Part shown: piece after piece, positions 19,940 through 29,779 of the stretch
Layout of the letters: each line of letters begins with the position of its first letter
How positions within the stretch are numbered: the stretch's first letter is position 1
NCBI GenBank assembly: GCA_965202805.1
Contig: OZ241869.1
Location: 3,136,001 to 3,200,000 of the forward strand
Direction: 5' to 3'
Origin: Longimicrobiales bacterium
Lineage (GTDB): Bacteria > Gemmatimonadota > Gemmatimonadetes > Longimicrobiales > Gaopeijiaceae
DNA: 64,000 nt
The notes under the pieces: generated by a model
Told to the model about the DNA's origin: nothing
What the model saw: only the letters and a program-made list of their open reading frames with translations
Databases searched by the model: none
Made by a program: the position numbers and the translations under genes

Positions 19940-21543
19940 GGCGGCGTGGCCGACGGTACACGGTCGCGGTGGCGGACAAGGTCTCGCCTTCGGGGCTTGG
20001 CGCCCTCACCCGTGACGATCGCTTCGAGGTGCGCTGGCTGGCGGAGCGCGCGCCGGCCGAGAAGGAAGACGCGATGACCCGGGCGGATGCGGTCATCGTG
20101 CGCAGCGCCACCCGGGTGACCCGGGCTCTGATCGAGGCGGCCCCGAACCTGAAGGTCATCGGGCGGGCCGGGGCGGGGGTGGACAACATCGATCTCGATG
20201 CCGCCACCGAGCGCGGCATCCCGGTTCTGAACGCGCCGGCGGGCAACACCGTCTCCGCAGCGGAACTCACCTTTGCCCTCATTCTGGCGCTGGCGCGAAA
20301 GGTCGTCGCCGCCGACCGGTCGGTGCGCGGGATGACCTGGAAGACGCCGGGACTCGCCGGGGTGGAGCTCAACCGGAAGACGCTCGGGCTGGTCGGGGCG
20401 GGGCGCATCGGCGGAGAAGTGGCGCGCCGTGCCCGCGCCTTCGGCATGAGGGTGCTGGTCTACGATCCCTATCTGCCGGCGACCCGCGCGGAGGAGCTGG
20501 ACGCGGAGCCGCGCGATTTCGACGAGGTGATCGAGCAGGCCGACTTTCTCAGCCTGCATGTGCCGCTCACCCCCTCCACCTCCTCGATGATCGGGGCGGA
20601 GCAGCTGCGCCGCATGAAGCCTTCGGCCTACCTCGTCAACGCGGCCCGCGGCGGGGTGGTGGACGAAGACGCGCTCGCCCGCGCTCTCGGGGAGGGATGG
20701 CTGGCGGGCGCCGCGCTGGATGTCTTCCGCCGGGAACCGCTGCCGGCGTCCAGTCCGCTGGTGGGCAGCCCGAACCTCATACTCAGTCCCCACCTGGGGG
20801 CCTCCACCGCGGAGGCGCAGGAACTGGTGGCTTCCGAGATCGCGGCGGGCGTGCGGGGAGCGCTCCTCGACGGCGACCTCTCGCGGGCTGTGAACGCGCC
20901 CGGCATCGACGGAGCGACGCTGCGAAAGCTGCGCCCCCTGCTGGAGCTCGGGACCCGGATGGGGCGTCTCGCGTGCGCGCTCGCGTCCGGAGGGATCCGC
21001 GGAGTGCAGGTGCGCTACAGCGGCGGGTCGGAAGAGGCGCCCGGCCCGCTAACCGCGGCGGTGCTGTGCGGGCTGCTGGAGGACATCGTAGGGGGCGCGC
21101 GCGTGAACGCCGTCAACGCGGCCCGGCTCGCCGAGGCGCGCGGGATGAGGGTGGTGACGGCCCGCGCGACCCGGCACCCGGGCTACTCCGAGTACCTGGT
21201 CACGGAAGTCGTGACGGAGGAGGGGCGCTTGAGGGTGGCCGGAGCCCTGCTGGACGGCACCCACCCGCGCATCGTGCGCATCGGCGACTTCTCCGTCGAC
21301 CTGGTCCCGGAGGGCTCCATCGTCATCGTGCGCAATCAGGACAAGCCCGGCGTGATCGCCGGGGTGGGGACGGTGCTGGCGTCCATGGGCTTCAACATCG
21401 CCGGATACCACCAGGCCCGCCTGGAGCCGGGCGGCGACGCCATGGCGGCGGTGTCGGTGGATGGAGAGATCACGCAGGAGCTGCTCGAGCGCCTGCGCGA
21501 GCTGGACCAGATCTCCTACGTGAAGCCGGCCCGCCTGGGGTAG
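19936..21543 (+). CDS. serA: D-3-phosphoglycerate dehydrogenase
   Basis: RAGAGVDNID, NAPAGNTVSAAE, GAGRIG, NAARGG, PHLGASTAEAQ, C-terminal ASB and ACT domains (DKPGVI). Confidence 0.93.
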   Translation: MRRRGRRYTVAVADKVSPSGLGALTRDDRFEVRWLAERAPAEKEDAMTRADAVIVRSATRVTRALIEAAPNLKVIGRAGAGVDNIDLDAATERGIPVLNAPAGNTVSAAELTFALILALARKVVAADRSVRGMTWKTPGLAGVELNRKTLGLVGAGRIGGEVARRARAFGMRVLVYDPYLPATRAEELDAEPRDFDEVIEQADFLSLHVPLTPSTSSMIGAEQLRRMKPSAYLVNAARGGVVDEDALARALGEGWLAGAALDVFRREPLPASSPLVGSPNLILSPHLGASTAEAQELVASEIAAGVRGALLDGDLSRAVNAPGIDGATLRKLRPLLELGTRMGRLACALASGGIRGVQVRYSGGSEEAPGPLTAAVLCGLLEDIVGGARVNAVNAARLAEARGMRVVTARATRHPGYSEYLVTEVVTEEGRLRVAGALLDGTHPRIVRIGDFSVDLVPEGSIVIVRNQDKPGVIAGVGTVLASMGFNIAGYHQARLEPGGDAMAAVSVDGEITQELLERLRELDQISYVKPARLG

Positions 21544-21550
21544 AGCCTTC

Positions 21551-22897
21551 TCAGGGAATGACGTTGTAGCGGCGCAGCACTTCCAGCGTCTCGTTGATCG
21601 GCAGGGCCTCGGCCGTGTTGCCCATCCCCGATACGGTGGTGGCCTTGAAGAGCGAGTTGTAGACGGCCTCCTCGGTGGCTTCCACGGTGGCCAGGAAGAG
21701 CGAGGACATGCGGTTGTTGGCGACCTCCTCCACGGACAGCACCTCCTCCGCGCCACGCCGCACCCCGGCTGCGGTCGAGAAGGCGATCACGTAGTCCCCC
21801 GAGCCGTTTCCGGCGAACGACCCGGTGCGCGCCAGCCCCATCATGGCCCTCCGCGCCACGCGCTCGAGCTTGAGAGGTGAGAGGGGCGCGTCGGTCGCCA
21901 CCACCATCATGATGGATCCCCGGCCCTCGTCCACCATGGATCGCCGGTCCTCGTCCGTAGTGGACCGCTGTCCCTCGTCCGCAATGGACCCCCGGCCTTC
22001 GCCGGTCTCCGCAGGCGCGCCGCTGCCCGGCACCGTCCCCTGAAACGAGTAGCGGCCCAGCTCGCGCCCCACCGGCGCCCCCGCGATGGTGAGGATGCCG
22101 CCGAAGTTGGACTGCACCAGCACGCCCACCGTGTAGCCGCCCAGCTCGTCGGGCACCACCCGGCTGCTGGTGCCGATGCCCCCCTTCCAGCCGAAGGCGC
22201 GGGTCCCGGTACCCGCCCCCACCGACCCTTCCTCCACCGGTCCGGTGCGGGCCGACTCGAGCGCCGCGCGCACATGCCCGGGGGTGATGGGCCGCGCGCG
22301 GATGTCGTTCAGGCCGCCGTCGTTGGTTTCGCCCACGACCGGGTTGATGGAGCGCACGCCCTCCATCCCCTCGCGCGCCAGCATCCACTCCGTGAGCGCG
22401 TCCGCCGCCTTCCACACGCACAGCGTGCAGGTGAGCAGGATGGGCGTCTCCAGCTCCCCCAGCTCCCGCACCTGGGTCACGCCGAGCAGCTTGCCGAACC
22501 CGTTGCCGACGTGCATCGCCGCCGGCACCCGGTCGCGGAAGACGTTGCCTCCGTGCGGGCGAATGGCCGTCACGCCGGTGCGGACACGGTCGTCCTCGCG
22601 CACCGTGGCGTGCCCGACCAGCACGCCATCCACGTCCGTGATTGCGTTGTACGGGCCCGGGACGAAGATGCCCGGCGCGACCCCGACATCCCGCGCCCGC
22701 GGGCGCGGCTGTTCCTGCGCGGAAGCCGTGGGCGCCCCCGGGCCGAACCCCACGGCGACCAGCGCGGCTGCGGTGACGAGTCGCCGGGCCCCGACGGAAG
22801 GGCACCGGCTTCGCTTGGCGGGGGACGGGAGGGGCGAAAACGGGACGTTCATGGTCGCGCTCCGGTTCAGGGTTGGCCTGTGCTCGCGCGGATTCAT
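21551..22897 (-). CDS. DmpA/P1 (S58) family aminopeptidase, secreted
   Basis: NAITDVDGVLVGH, RTGVTAI, NGFGK, PVVGETNDG, GAGTG, GWKGGIGTSSR, G|SIMMVVATDAPL; start could be 22897 or 22852. Confidence 0.9.
   Translation of the reverse strand: MNPREHRPTLNRSATMNVPFSPLPSPAKRSRCPSVGARRLVTAAALVAVGFGPGAPTASAQEQPRPRARDVGVAPGIFVPGPYNAITDVDGVLVGHATVREDDRVRTGVTAIRPHGGNVFRDRVPAAMHVGNGFGKLLGVTQVRELGELETPILLTCTLCVWKAADALTEWMLAREGMEGVRSINPVVGETNDGGLNDIRARPITPGHVRAALESARTGPVEEGSVGAGTGTRAFGWKGGIGTSSRVVPDELGGYTVGVLVQSNFGGILTIAGAPVGRELGRYSFQGTVPGSGAPAETGEGRGSIADEGQRSTTDEDRRSMVDEGRGSIMMVVATDAPLSPLKLERVARRAMMGLARTGSFAGNGSGDYVIAFSTAAGVRRGAEEVLSVEEVANNRMSSLFLATVEATEEAVYNSLFKATTVSGMGNTAEALPINETLEVLRRYNVIP
21912..22007. 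repeat. In-frame 24-bp degenerate tandem repeat, 4 copies, inside the DmpA gene
   Basis: Units ATGGATCCCCGGCCCTCGTCCACC / ATGGATCGCCGGTCCTCGTCCGTA / GTGGACCGCTGTCCCTCGTCCGCA / ATGGACCCCCGGCCTTCGCCGGTC. Confidence 0.85.
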
Positions 22898-23799
22898 CAA
22901 CGGACCGCCAGGGTATCGACGATGAGCAGCACCAGCAGGCAGGGCTGATAGAGCAGGGTTCCCAGGAATACCCGGCGCGCGCGCCGGTCCGTAAGCCGCC
23001 CCGCGGCCGCAAGCGTCACCGCCAGGAGCGCCACCCCGGCCAGCAAGGCCCCGGAGGCGTACACCATGCCGGTCAGGTCGAGCAGTACGGGCGCGAGACT
23101 CACCGGAAGCAGCGCGGCCGCAGCCGCGACCATGCGCAGGCCGAGAACGCGCCCCTGCTCGTCGCCCGGGGGCGCCATGATGATGCCCGCCCGGGCGTAG
23201 TCCTCGCGGCAGATCCACGCCAGCGCCAGGATGTGCGGAAGCTGCCATATGAAGAAGACCCCGAACACCGCGAACGCCTGTGCCGAGAGCGTGCCGGCCG
23301 CGGCGCTCCAGCCCACCAGCACGGGAAGCGCTCCGGGAAACGCGCCCACCAGGCTCGCGAGCGAGGTTCGCGTCTTGAGCGGGGTGTAGACCAGCACGTA
23401 GAGCGCGCTCGAAAGCAGGGCGAGAGCGGCGGGCAGCCATCCGACTGCCGTCCACAGGTAGACGGCCCCGGCCACGGTAAGCAGGAGTCCGAAATCGTGC
23501 GCGTGGCGCGGCGCGACGCGGCCCGACGGGATCGGGCGTCCGCGGGTGCGCGTCATGAGCGCGTCCTGGCGTCGTTCGGCGTACTGGTTGAGCGCCAGCG
23601 CGCCGCCCGTCACCAGCCCCGTCCCCAACGCCGTGTGGAGGATGAGGAGAACCGCCAGTTCGCCTCCGACCGCGACGTAGCAGGACACCCCGGTCAGGGT
23701 CATGACGAAGCAGGCGATCCCGGGCTTGGTCAGTTCGAGGTAGGCTCCGGGGCCGCCCGGGCGGGTCACGGGTTTCATGTTCTCGGGGCTCGGCGACAT
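22897..23799 (-). CDS. cyoE: Protoheme IX farnesyltransferase (heme o synthase)
   Basis: ELTKPGI, NQYAERRQDALMTRTRGRPIPSG, YTPLK, GAFPGALP, WQLPH, DYARAG. Confidence 0.93.
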   Translation of the reverse strand: MSPSPENMKPVTRPGGPGAYLELTKPGIACFVMTLTGVSCYVAVGGELAVLLILHTALGTGLVTGGALALNQYAERRQDALMTRTRGRPIPSGRVAPRHAHDFGLLLTVAGAVYLWTAVGWLPAALALLSSALYVLVYTPLKTRTSLASLVGAFPGALPVLVGWSAAAGTLSAQAFAVFGVFFIWQLPHILALAWICREDYARAGIIMAPPGDEQGRVLGLRMVAAAAALLPVSLAPVLLDLTGMVYASGALLAGVALLAVTLAAAGRLTDRRARRVFLGTLLYQPCLLVLLIVDTLAVR

Positions 23800-23970
23800 G
23801 GCGCGCGCGGCCGTAGCGGGTCGCGGGAAGAAGTCAGCCGATCGTGCACGGACAAGTCATGCGGATATTGCCGGGACGAGCCATACGGGGGTTGGAGGCG
23901 GCAAGTTGCCGGGGCTCGCGGGTATGCGCAAGTTCCGCGTGAGTGGTCCCATTCGGTTTTCCGGACATCC

Positions 23971-26139
23971 ATGAAGCTGACTCCAGCCGTCTTTCTCGTG
24001 TGTGCGCTGTCCTTGCCGCATGGGATCCAGGCCCAGCGAAGCGCGGCGCTCGAAGCGCTGGAGGAGGGGGTTCGGCTGGCGCAGGAAGGCGATACCGCCC
24101 GTGCCCTGGGTCATATCGAGCGCGCGGTCACCCTCGATCCCGGGTATGCGGAGGCGCACTTTCTGAAGGGCCTGTACCACGCCAGGCAGGCTCCCCGCAG
24201 CACCGGCGACTTCCGTCGCCGCATCATCGCCCGCGAAGCGCTCGACCAGGCCGTCCGTCACGATCCGGAGAATCCCCTGTACCTGCTGGAGTTCGCCAAG
24301 CTCCTGATGATGCAGGAGATCCGGGTGGACGCGCGCAGAATGCTCCGGCGAGCGCTGGACGTGGCCGAACGCGCCGGCGCGCCCACGCTCGCGGAGGTCC
24401 ACTACCAGCTTGGCATCTTCAGCGAGACGACCTGGCGCCGGCTTCGCTATCGCCGCCTTCTCCCCATCGGCATTGCGGAGCTCCGGGGGGACATCGCCTT
24501 CGAGAGCGCGAACTACGTCTGGGACGTGCTCCAGGCTTCGGGCTACGCGCCGGGGCAGGGTGCCGCCGCGCGCGAGGCCATGCTCGACCACTTTCACCGG
24601 GCTCTGACCGCGGATCCCGCGCACACCGGGGCGGCCACCCACCTGCTGGCCTTCCATTACGACACCGGGCGCATGGCGGAGTTCATGGCCGAAGCCCGGC
24701 GCTTCGTGCGCGCCGCCCCCTCCGAGCCCCGCGCCTATCTCGCCCTCGGTCTGGGACTGCACGCCGAGGGCCGCGACGACGAGGCGGCGGGCGCGTTCGA
24801 GTACGCGGTCGAACTGCTGTCCGACGAGAAGCGCGCGGACTTCCTCGCGGTATCGCGCCTGCTCACGCAGGACGACGCCGAGATCTTCGAGGCACGCGCC
24901 GGCGCGGATCCGGCGGACGCTGCCCGTCGTTTCTGGACGGCCTGGGATCCGCTCTATCTGACGCCCTCGAACGAGTACTGGGCCGAGTACCTGTCGCGCA
25001 TGGCCTACGTCGATCTGCGTTTCGGGCTGCCCGAATACGACGTCCCGGGGTGGCGCACCGACCGGGGCGAGATATGGGTGCGCTACGGCAGGCCGCTGCG
25101 CCAGGCGAGCTTCGGGGCCGGCACCACCAACGCCGGCGACCACGAGTCCGTCGGCCGTGTAACGACCGTCTGGAGCTACGGCAGGAACGGGCCGGTGTTC
25201 GTGTTCCGGGGCATGCCGGGCTACCGCGGAGCCACCTTCGCCAACGATTTCCGGTTCTACGCCGAAAACTACCGGGCGCGCCAGCCCGCGCGCTTCGCGG
25301 CGCCGTCGCTTCCGGCGCTCCTGCAGGTGCCCGCTCAGATCGCGCGCTTCCGGGGCGTGGATGACGAGATCGATCTGGAGGTGTACGCGGCCGTTCCCCT
25401 GGATTCGCTCCGTGAGGCGGTCGGCGTGGCGGCGGCCACCTTCGAGACCGGCCTCTTCGTGGTCGAACCGGACGGCGCCGAGATCCGCCGGGTCACCGAG
25501 GCCCGGGAAGTGACCTTCGAGGAGGGCCGCGCGCTCCCTCTGAGCTGGCGCACGACGGTGCCTGCGGGGCAGCCGCACATCGTGTCGGCGGAGGCGCGCG
25601 ATCCGCTCAGCTGGGCGGCCGCGGTGCATCGGGCGCGCGTGGACGCGCGCAGTTTCCCCGCCGGTGAACCGAGCGTGAGCGACATCCTCCTGACCCGGTC
25701 GCTCGAGGCGGTCGTGGATCCTCCCCGCACCCGCGCCGACTTCCGCATGGTGCCCGAGCCCACCCTCACCTACGCCCCGAACGACGAGATCGGGATCTAC
25801 TTCGAGCTCTACAACCTGCTCCCCGACTCCGACCGGTTCGCGTCGTACGAACTGGAGCTGGCGGTGACGGTGGAGGAGATTCATCGGACCGGGTCATTCC
25901 TGCAGGTGCTGGGCGAGCTGGCGGACCGCTGGGGGCTCACCGACGAAGGCGACCAGGCCGTGCGGCTCACGTTCAACAGGCAGAACCGGGTGCAGGCGCG
26001 CGACATGCTGCCCGAGTACTTCACCATCCGGCTCGACGAGCCGCCACCGGGCCGCTACGGGCTGCGGCTGCGGGTCCTGGACCGCAATGCGCGCGTCCAG
26101 CTGGAGGTGGAGCGGGAGTTCCAGGTCCGGGAGCCATGA
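23971..26139 (+). CDS. GWxTD domain protein with TPR repeats, secreted
   Basis: Signal peptide, TPR-like helices, FW...DP...TPSNE, GWRTDRGEIWVRYGRP. Confidence 0.85.
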   Translation: MKLTPAVFLVCALSLPHGIQAQRSAALEALEEGVRLAQEGDTARALGHIERAVTLDPGYAEAHFLKGLYHARQAPRSTGDFRRRIIAREALDQAVRHDPENPLYLLEFAKLLMMQEIRVDARRMLRRALDVAERAGAPTLAEVHYQLGIFSETTWRRLRYRRLLPIGIAELRGDIAFESANYVWDVLQASGYAPGQGAAAREAMLDHFHRALTADPAHTGAATHLLAFHYDTGRMAEFMAEARRFVRAAPSEPRAYLALGLGLHAEGRDDEAAGAFEYAVELLSDEKRADFLAVSRLLTQDDAEIFEARAGADPADAARRFWTAWDPLYLTPSNEYWAEYLSRMAYVDLRFGLPEYDVPGWRTDRGEIWVRYGRPLRQASFGAGTTNAGDHESVGRVTTVWSYGRNGPVFVFRGMPGYRGATFANDFRFYAENYRARQPARFAAPSLPALLQVPAQIARFRGVDDEIDLEVYAAVPLDSLREAVGVAAATFETGLFVVEPDGAEIRRVTEAREVTFEEGRALPLSWRTTVPAGQPHIVSAEARDPLSWAAAVHRARVDARSFPAGEPSVSDILLTRSLEAVVDPPRTRADFRMVPEPTLTYAPNDEIGIYFELYNLLPDSDRFASYELELAVTVEEIHRTGSFLQVLGELADRWGLTDEGDQAVRLTFNRQNRVQARDMLPEYFTIRLDEPPPGRYGLRLRVLDRNARVQLEVEREFQVREP

Positions 26140-27458
26140 CCCTCACGGCCTGCGGGCGACCGCCACGGCCGGAGGGACGGCGGCGGCGAGAGCGAGGCCG
26201 GGCGCGGGGTGGCCGCCCGGGCGGTTGGTGGAACACGTGCAGGCTGTCGGTTCCCGCCGTCGTGCTGGCGGTGGCCGTGGTGCTGCCGCCCGCGACCGCG
26301 GCCGCGCAGGAAGACGGTCCCGGCTCCCACCGCAAGTGGCTGGGCGCCGCGATCGGGGCCGTGGTTGTCGGCGTCCCGACGTTCACGTCCGCCGATTTTC
26401 CCACAATGGGCACCTGCACCCGGACCGAGTGTTTCGCACCGCTTGCCACGGCCGTCGGGTTCACCCTGGGCTTCCTGCTCGGCAAGGAGTTCGACGACGG
26501 CGCCGCGCGCCGGTTCGTGGCGGGTCCCCGGCTGGACCTCCGGCCGCGACACACCGTCCAGCTTCCCTTCGTGCCCGACCGGGGCCGGGCGGCGGGGGCG
26601 GCAGCGCTCTGGAGCGGAGCCGAGGGACTGGTCCGGCTGGAGGGGGAGACACCGTCGCCGCTGGGGGGGATACGGGGGCTGCGCGACGCCGCACTGCTGG
26701 AGGAGAGCGCGGCGATCGTGGCGGCCACCGCCAGCGGCCTGTTCGCCCTCCCCACCGCCCGGGACGACACGCCCGGCCGGCGGGTCGACGCGCGCGGCGC
26801 CCGGCTGGTCGCGGCGGGGAGGGGCGGGGGGCTGGTGGTGTCGGGCGCGGGGGGACTGCTCGGCTTCACCAGCCTCGGGCGGGGCACCGGGCTCGAGCTG
26901 TCGGAAGCCGCGCGCACCACGGGCGACCCGCTCGCCGCCGACCTGGTCTGGCCGCGCGCATCACGGATCGCGTGGGTGCTGGAAGGCCCACGCCTGGTGG
27001 CGCGCGACGGGGGCACGCTCGCGGAGGTCGGGGCCCTGGAGCTCTCCGCGGCCGCCCGTTCGCTCGACGTGGACGCTACGCTCGGCGTGGTGGCCGCCGG
27101 CCGGGACGGCGTATTCGTCATCGACGTGTCCAATCCGGCCATGCCTCGGCTCGCCGCCCGCTACCAGGGGATTCGCAGCGCCTTCGACGTTGCGCTGCTG
27201 GAGTCCCGGGCCTATGTCGCGGCGGGCGAACAGGGCCTGGTGATCGTCGACCTCACGCGTCCCTCCGCGCCTGCGGTGGCTGCCGTGGTCCGAAACCTCG
27301 GGTCCCCGTCGCTGGTACAAGGGACTTCCGGGCAGGTGTGGGTAGTGGACGGCGCGACCGGTGAGGCTCATTCCGTCTCGTTCCCCGGCGTCCCGCCCCC
27401 CGGCCAGCCGGGGTTCGCTCTCCGTCACCGAAGGGACTGGCCTCCATCAGACCGATGA
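26136..27458 (+). CDS. Secreted/membrane beta-propeller protein with LVIVD-like repeats
   Basis: GVFVIDVSNP, YVAAGEQGLVIVDLTRP; glycine-zipper-like N-terminal segment; ATGA coupling. Confidence 0.7.
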   Translation: MTLTACGRPPRPEGRRRRERGRARGGRPGGWWNTCRLSVPAVVLAVAVVLPPATAAAQEDGPGSHRKWLGAAIGAVVVGVPTFTSADFPTMGTCTRTECFAPLATAVGFTLGFLLGKEFDDGAARRFVAGPRLDLRPRHTVQLPFVPDRGRAAGAAALWSGAEGLVRLEGETPSPLGGIRGLRDAALLEESAAIVAATASGLFALPTARDDTPGRRVDARGARLVAAGRGGGLVVSGAGGLLGFTSLGRGTGLELSEAARTTGDPLAADLVWPRASRIAWVLEGPRLVARDGGTLAEVGALELSAAARSLDVDATLGVVAAGRDGVFVIDVSNPAMPRLAARYQGIRSAFDVALLESRAYVAAGEQGLVIVDLTRPSAPAVAAVVRNLGSPSLVQGTSGQVWVVDGATGEAHSVSFPGVPPPGQPGFALRHRRDWPPSDR

Positions 27459-28123
27459 CACCGGGCAACGCGAGCAACCGGGACCGCCGCCGGCGCGAGA
27501 GGAAACTCTGGCGCGTCGCGATGGGCCTGTCCCTGGGCTTCCATCTGTTCCTGTTCCTCTTCTGGCGCATGCCGGCGCCCACCGTATCCCCGTACTCCGC
27601 CGCAGGCCCGAACGCGGGCGACAACCGCGCGGCGTCGGGTTCCATGCAGGCGCTGCGCCTTGCGATGGCGCCCCCCCGGCCGATCGTTCCTCCACGCGTG
27701 CCGGCCCCGGTCCTCGTGGACGTCGAGCCGGTGGAGTTCGAGGAGTCGGTGGAAGTCGACTTCGCGTCGGTCCTTGGGGAGCGACCAGGTGAAGGCGAGG
27801 GTCCCGGCATCGAGGAAGGCGAGGGGCGGGGGGATGGCGGCACGGCCGCTGAAGGAAGGTCGCGAACCATCCCTCCCTCTCCCCGCAGCATGATCCTGCC
27901 CCCCTCCAACCGAAGCCTGAGGGACCGGGAGGTCGAGGTTTGGGTCTTCGTCCTGGAGACCGGAAGGGTCGCGGCCGATTCCGTCCGCCTGATGCCGCCC
28001 ACCTCCGACCGCGACTTCAATCGCCGGCTGATTCAGGAGGCCGCCCGCTGGATGTTCGAGCCGGCACGCCGGGGCGGGATGCCCGTCGCGGCCTGGTTCC
28101 GCTATGTCATCAGCATGGAATAG
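27455..28123 (+). CDS. TonB-like energy transducer
   Basis: N-terminal TM with SLGFH, Pro-rich linker, C-terminal WMFEPARRGGMPVAAW. Confidence 0.75.
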   Translation: MTPGNASNRDRRRRERKLWRVAMGLSLGFHLFLFLFWRMPAPTVSPYSAAGPNAGDNRAASGSMQALRLAMAPPRPIVPPRVPAPVLVDVEPVEFEESVEVDFASVLGERPGEGEGPGIEEGEGRGDGGTAAEGRSRTIPPSPRSMILPPSNRSLRDREVEVWVFVLETGRVAADSVRLMPPTSDRDFNRRLIQEAARWMFEPARRGGMPVAAWFRYVISME

Positions 28124-28183
28124 CCGCCTCCTTCCGCCGCCCCGGAGGGCTCCCGGGCCCGCGGCGGCCGGACAGCCAACGCA

Positions 28184-29779
28184 ATGACCTCACTTTCCTC
28201 CCCGCGCGCCAAGCGCGTTCTCTGGGTCGACGACGAGATCGACCGCCTGCGCCCCCACCTGCTGTTCCTGCAGCAGCGGGGCTACCACGTCGACGCGATC
28301 ACCAACGGCGACGACGCCCTCGCGCTCCTGCGCCGGAACCACTACGACCTGGTCATGCTCGACGAGCAGATGCCCGGACGCCGTGGCCTCGAGGTGCTGG
28401 CCATCCTGCGCCGGCAGGACCCCAACGCCCGCGTGGTCATGGTGACCAAGTCGGAGGAGGACCGCACCATGACCGAAGCGATCGGGCGGCGCGTCGACGA
28501 CTATCTGGTCAAGCCGACGAGCCCCCGCCAGGTACTTTCGGTGGTCACCCGCATCCTCGAAGGCTCGAGCATCCGCCAGCAGCAGGTGGCGCGCGACTTC
28601 GCGGCGCGTTTCGGGCAGCTCTCGGCGCTGCGCGCGGAGGTCCGCACCCATGAGCGGTTCGCTTCCCTGTATGCGGAGCTCGTGGACTGGCACATCCGTC
28701 TGGATCAGGCCGGAGAGACCGGTCTGCTGGATTCCGTCAACGGGATCATGGCGGAACTGCGCCACGACTTCGGCCTGTGGATCACCCGGAACTATCCGCG
28801 CTGGGTGGACGGCGCGGGATCCGGCCGGCCCGAGCTGTCGACCGATATCGTCCGGAAGCACGTGACGCCCCTGCTGGGCACCGATCCCGTGGTCTTCGTG
28901 ATCCTCGACTGCATGAGGCTCGATCAGTGGCGCGTCATCGCGCCTCTGCTGTCCCCGTTGTTCGAGATCGAGGAGAAGCTCTACTACTCGATCCTGCCCA
29001 CCGCCACGCCCTACGCCCGCAACGCCATCTTCGGAGGACTGTTCCCCGACGAAATCGCCCGGCTGCGGCCCGGCTGGTGGGATGCGTCCGACGACGAAGG
29101 GAGCCTGAACGCCTTCGAGGACGAGCTGCTGGCGGCCCAGCTCTGGCGGCTGACCGGGCGCGACGTGCCGCTGCACTACGAGAAGATCTTCACCGACCGG
29201 GAAGGCGGCCAGGTGCGGGCGCGTTTCCGCTCGGCCGTGCGCACCGAAGGCTCGGTGGTGGCGCTGGTGTTCAACTTCGTGGACCTGATGACGCATGGAC
29301 GCAGCGAATCCCCGGTGCTCATGGAGGTGGCCAGGGACGAAGTTGCGCTGCGCAACCTGACGCGCGCCTGGTTCGAGCGCTCCACCGCCTTCCAGGTGCT
29401 GAGGGAAGCGGCGACGGCGGGCTACCCCGTGGTGCTCACCACCGATCACGGCTCGATCCACTGCAACCGGCCGACCACGGTGTACGCCCGCAAGGACGCC
29501 ACCACCAACCTGCGCTACAAGTTCGGGGTGGATCTCCGAACCGCGAGCAGGTCCACCGTGTTCAGCAGCAAGCGGGCCCGAGACCTGCGGCTGCCCCGGG
29601 GGCGGATGGGAACGACCTACGTCGTCGCCCGGGATGACTACTTCATGGTGTATCCCACGAAGCTGCGGGAATACCAGTCCCGTTACCGCGGGTCCTTCCT
29701 GCACGGCGGCATCTCGCCGGAGGAGATGATCGTGCCGGTCGCGCGCCTGCAGCCCCGAGGCCGGAGTACGCTGGCTTGA
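28184..29779 (+). CDS. PorX-like response regulator with PglZ (alkaline-phosphatase superfamily) domain
   Basis: REC: WVDDE, LDEQMPG, TKSEE, YLVKP; PglZ: ILDCMRLDQW, LPTATPYARNAIFGG, NFVDLMTH, TDHG, HGGISPEEM. Confidence 0.88.
   Translation: MTSLSSPRAKRVLWVDDEIDRLRPHLLFLQQRGYHVDAITNGDDALALLRRNHYDLVMLDEQMPGRRGLEVLAILRRQDPNARVVMVTKSEEDRTMTEAIGRRVDDYLVKPTSPRQVLSVVTRILEGSSIRQQQVARDFAARFGQLSALRAEVRTHERFASLYAELVDWHIRLDQAGETGLLDSVNGIMAELRHDFGLWITRNYPRWVDGAGSGRPELSTDIVRKHVTPLLGTDPVVFVILDCMRLDQWRVIAPLLSPLFEIEEKLYYSILPTATPYARNAIFGGLFPDEIARLRPGWWDASDDEGSLNAFEDELLAAQLWRLTGRDVPLHYEKIFTDREGGQVRARFRSAVRTEGSVVALVFNFVDLMTHGRSESPVLMEVARDEVALRNLTRAWFERSTAFQVLREAATAGYPVVLTTDHGSIHCNRPTTVYARKDATTNLRYKFGVDLRTASRSTVFSSKRARDLRLPRGRMGTTYVVARDDYFMVYPTKLREYQSRYRGSFLHGGISPEEMIVPVARLQPRGRSTLA

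Noticed and set aside
21912..22007. Repeat array as CRISPR
   Set aside because: Contiguous degenerate in-frame units without spacers, inside a CDS; no cas genes
22873..23970. N-terminal extensions in the ORF track (1088-aa GWxTD, 970-aa S9, 915-aa SerA, 848-aa DUF3108, 634-aa DmpA, 507-aa Hbd)
   Set aside because: The extensions overlap other real genes and are low-complexity; downstream starts with SD, signal peptide or stop-start coupling are better supported
28184..29779. PglZ domain as evidence of a BREX system
   Set aside because: It is fused to an N-terminal receiver domain (PorX architecture) and no brxC, pglX or brxL genes are present
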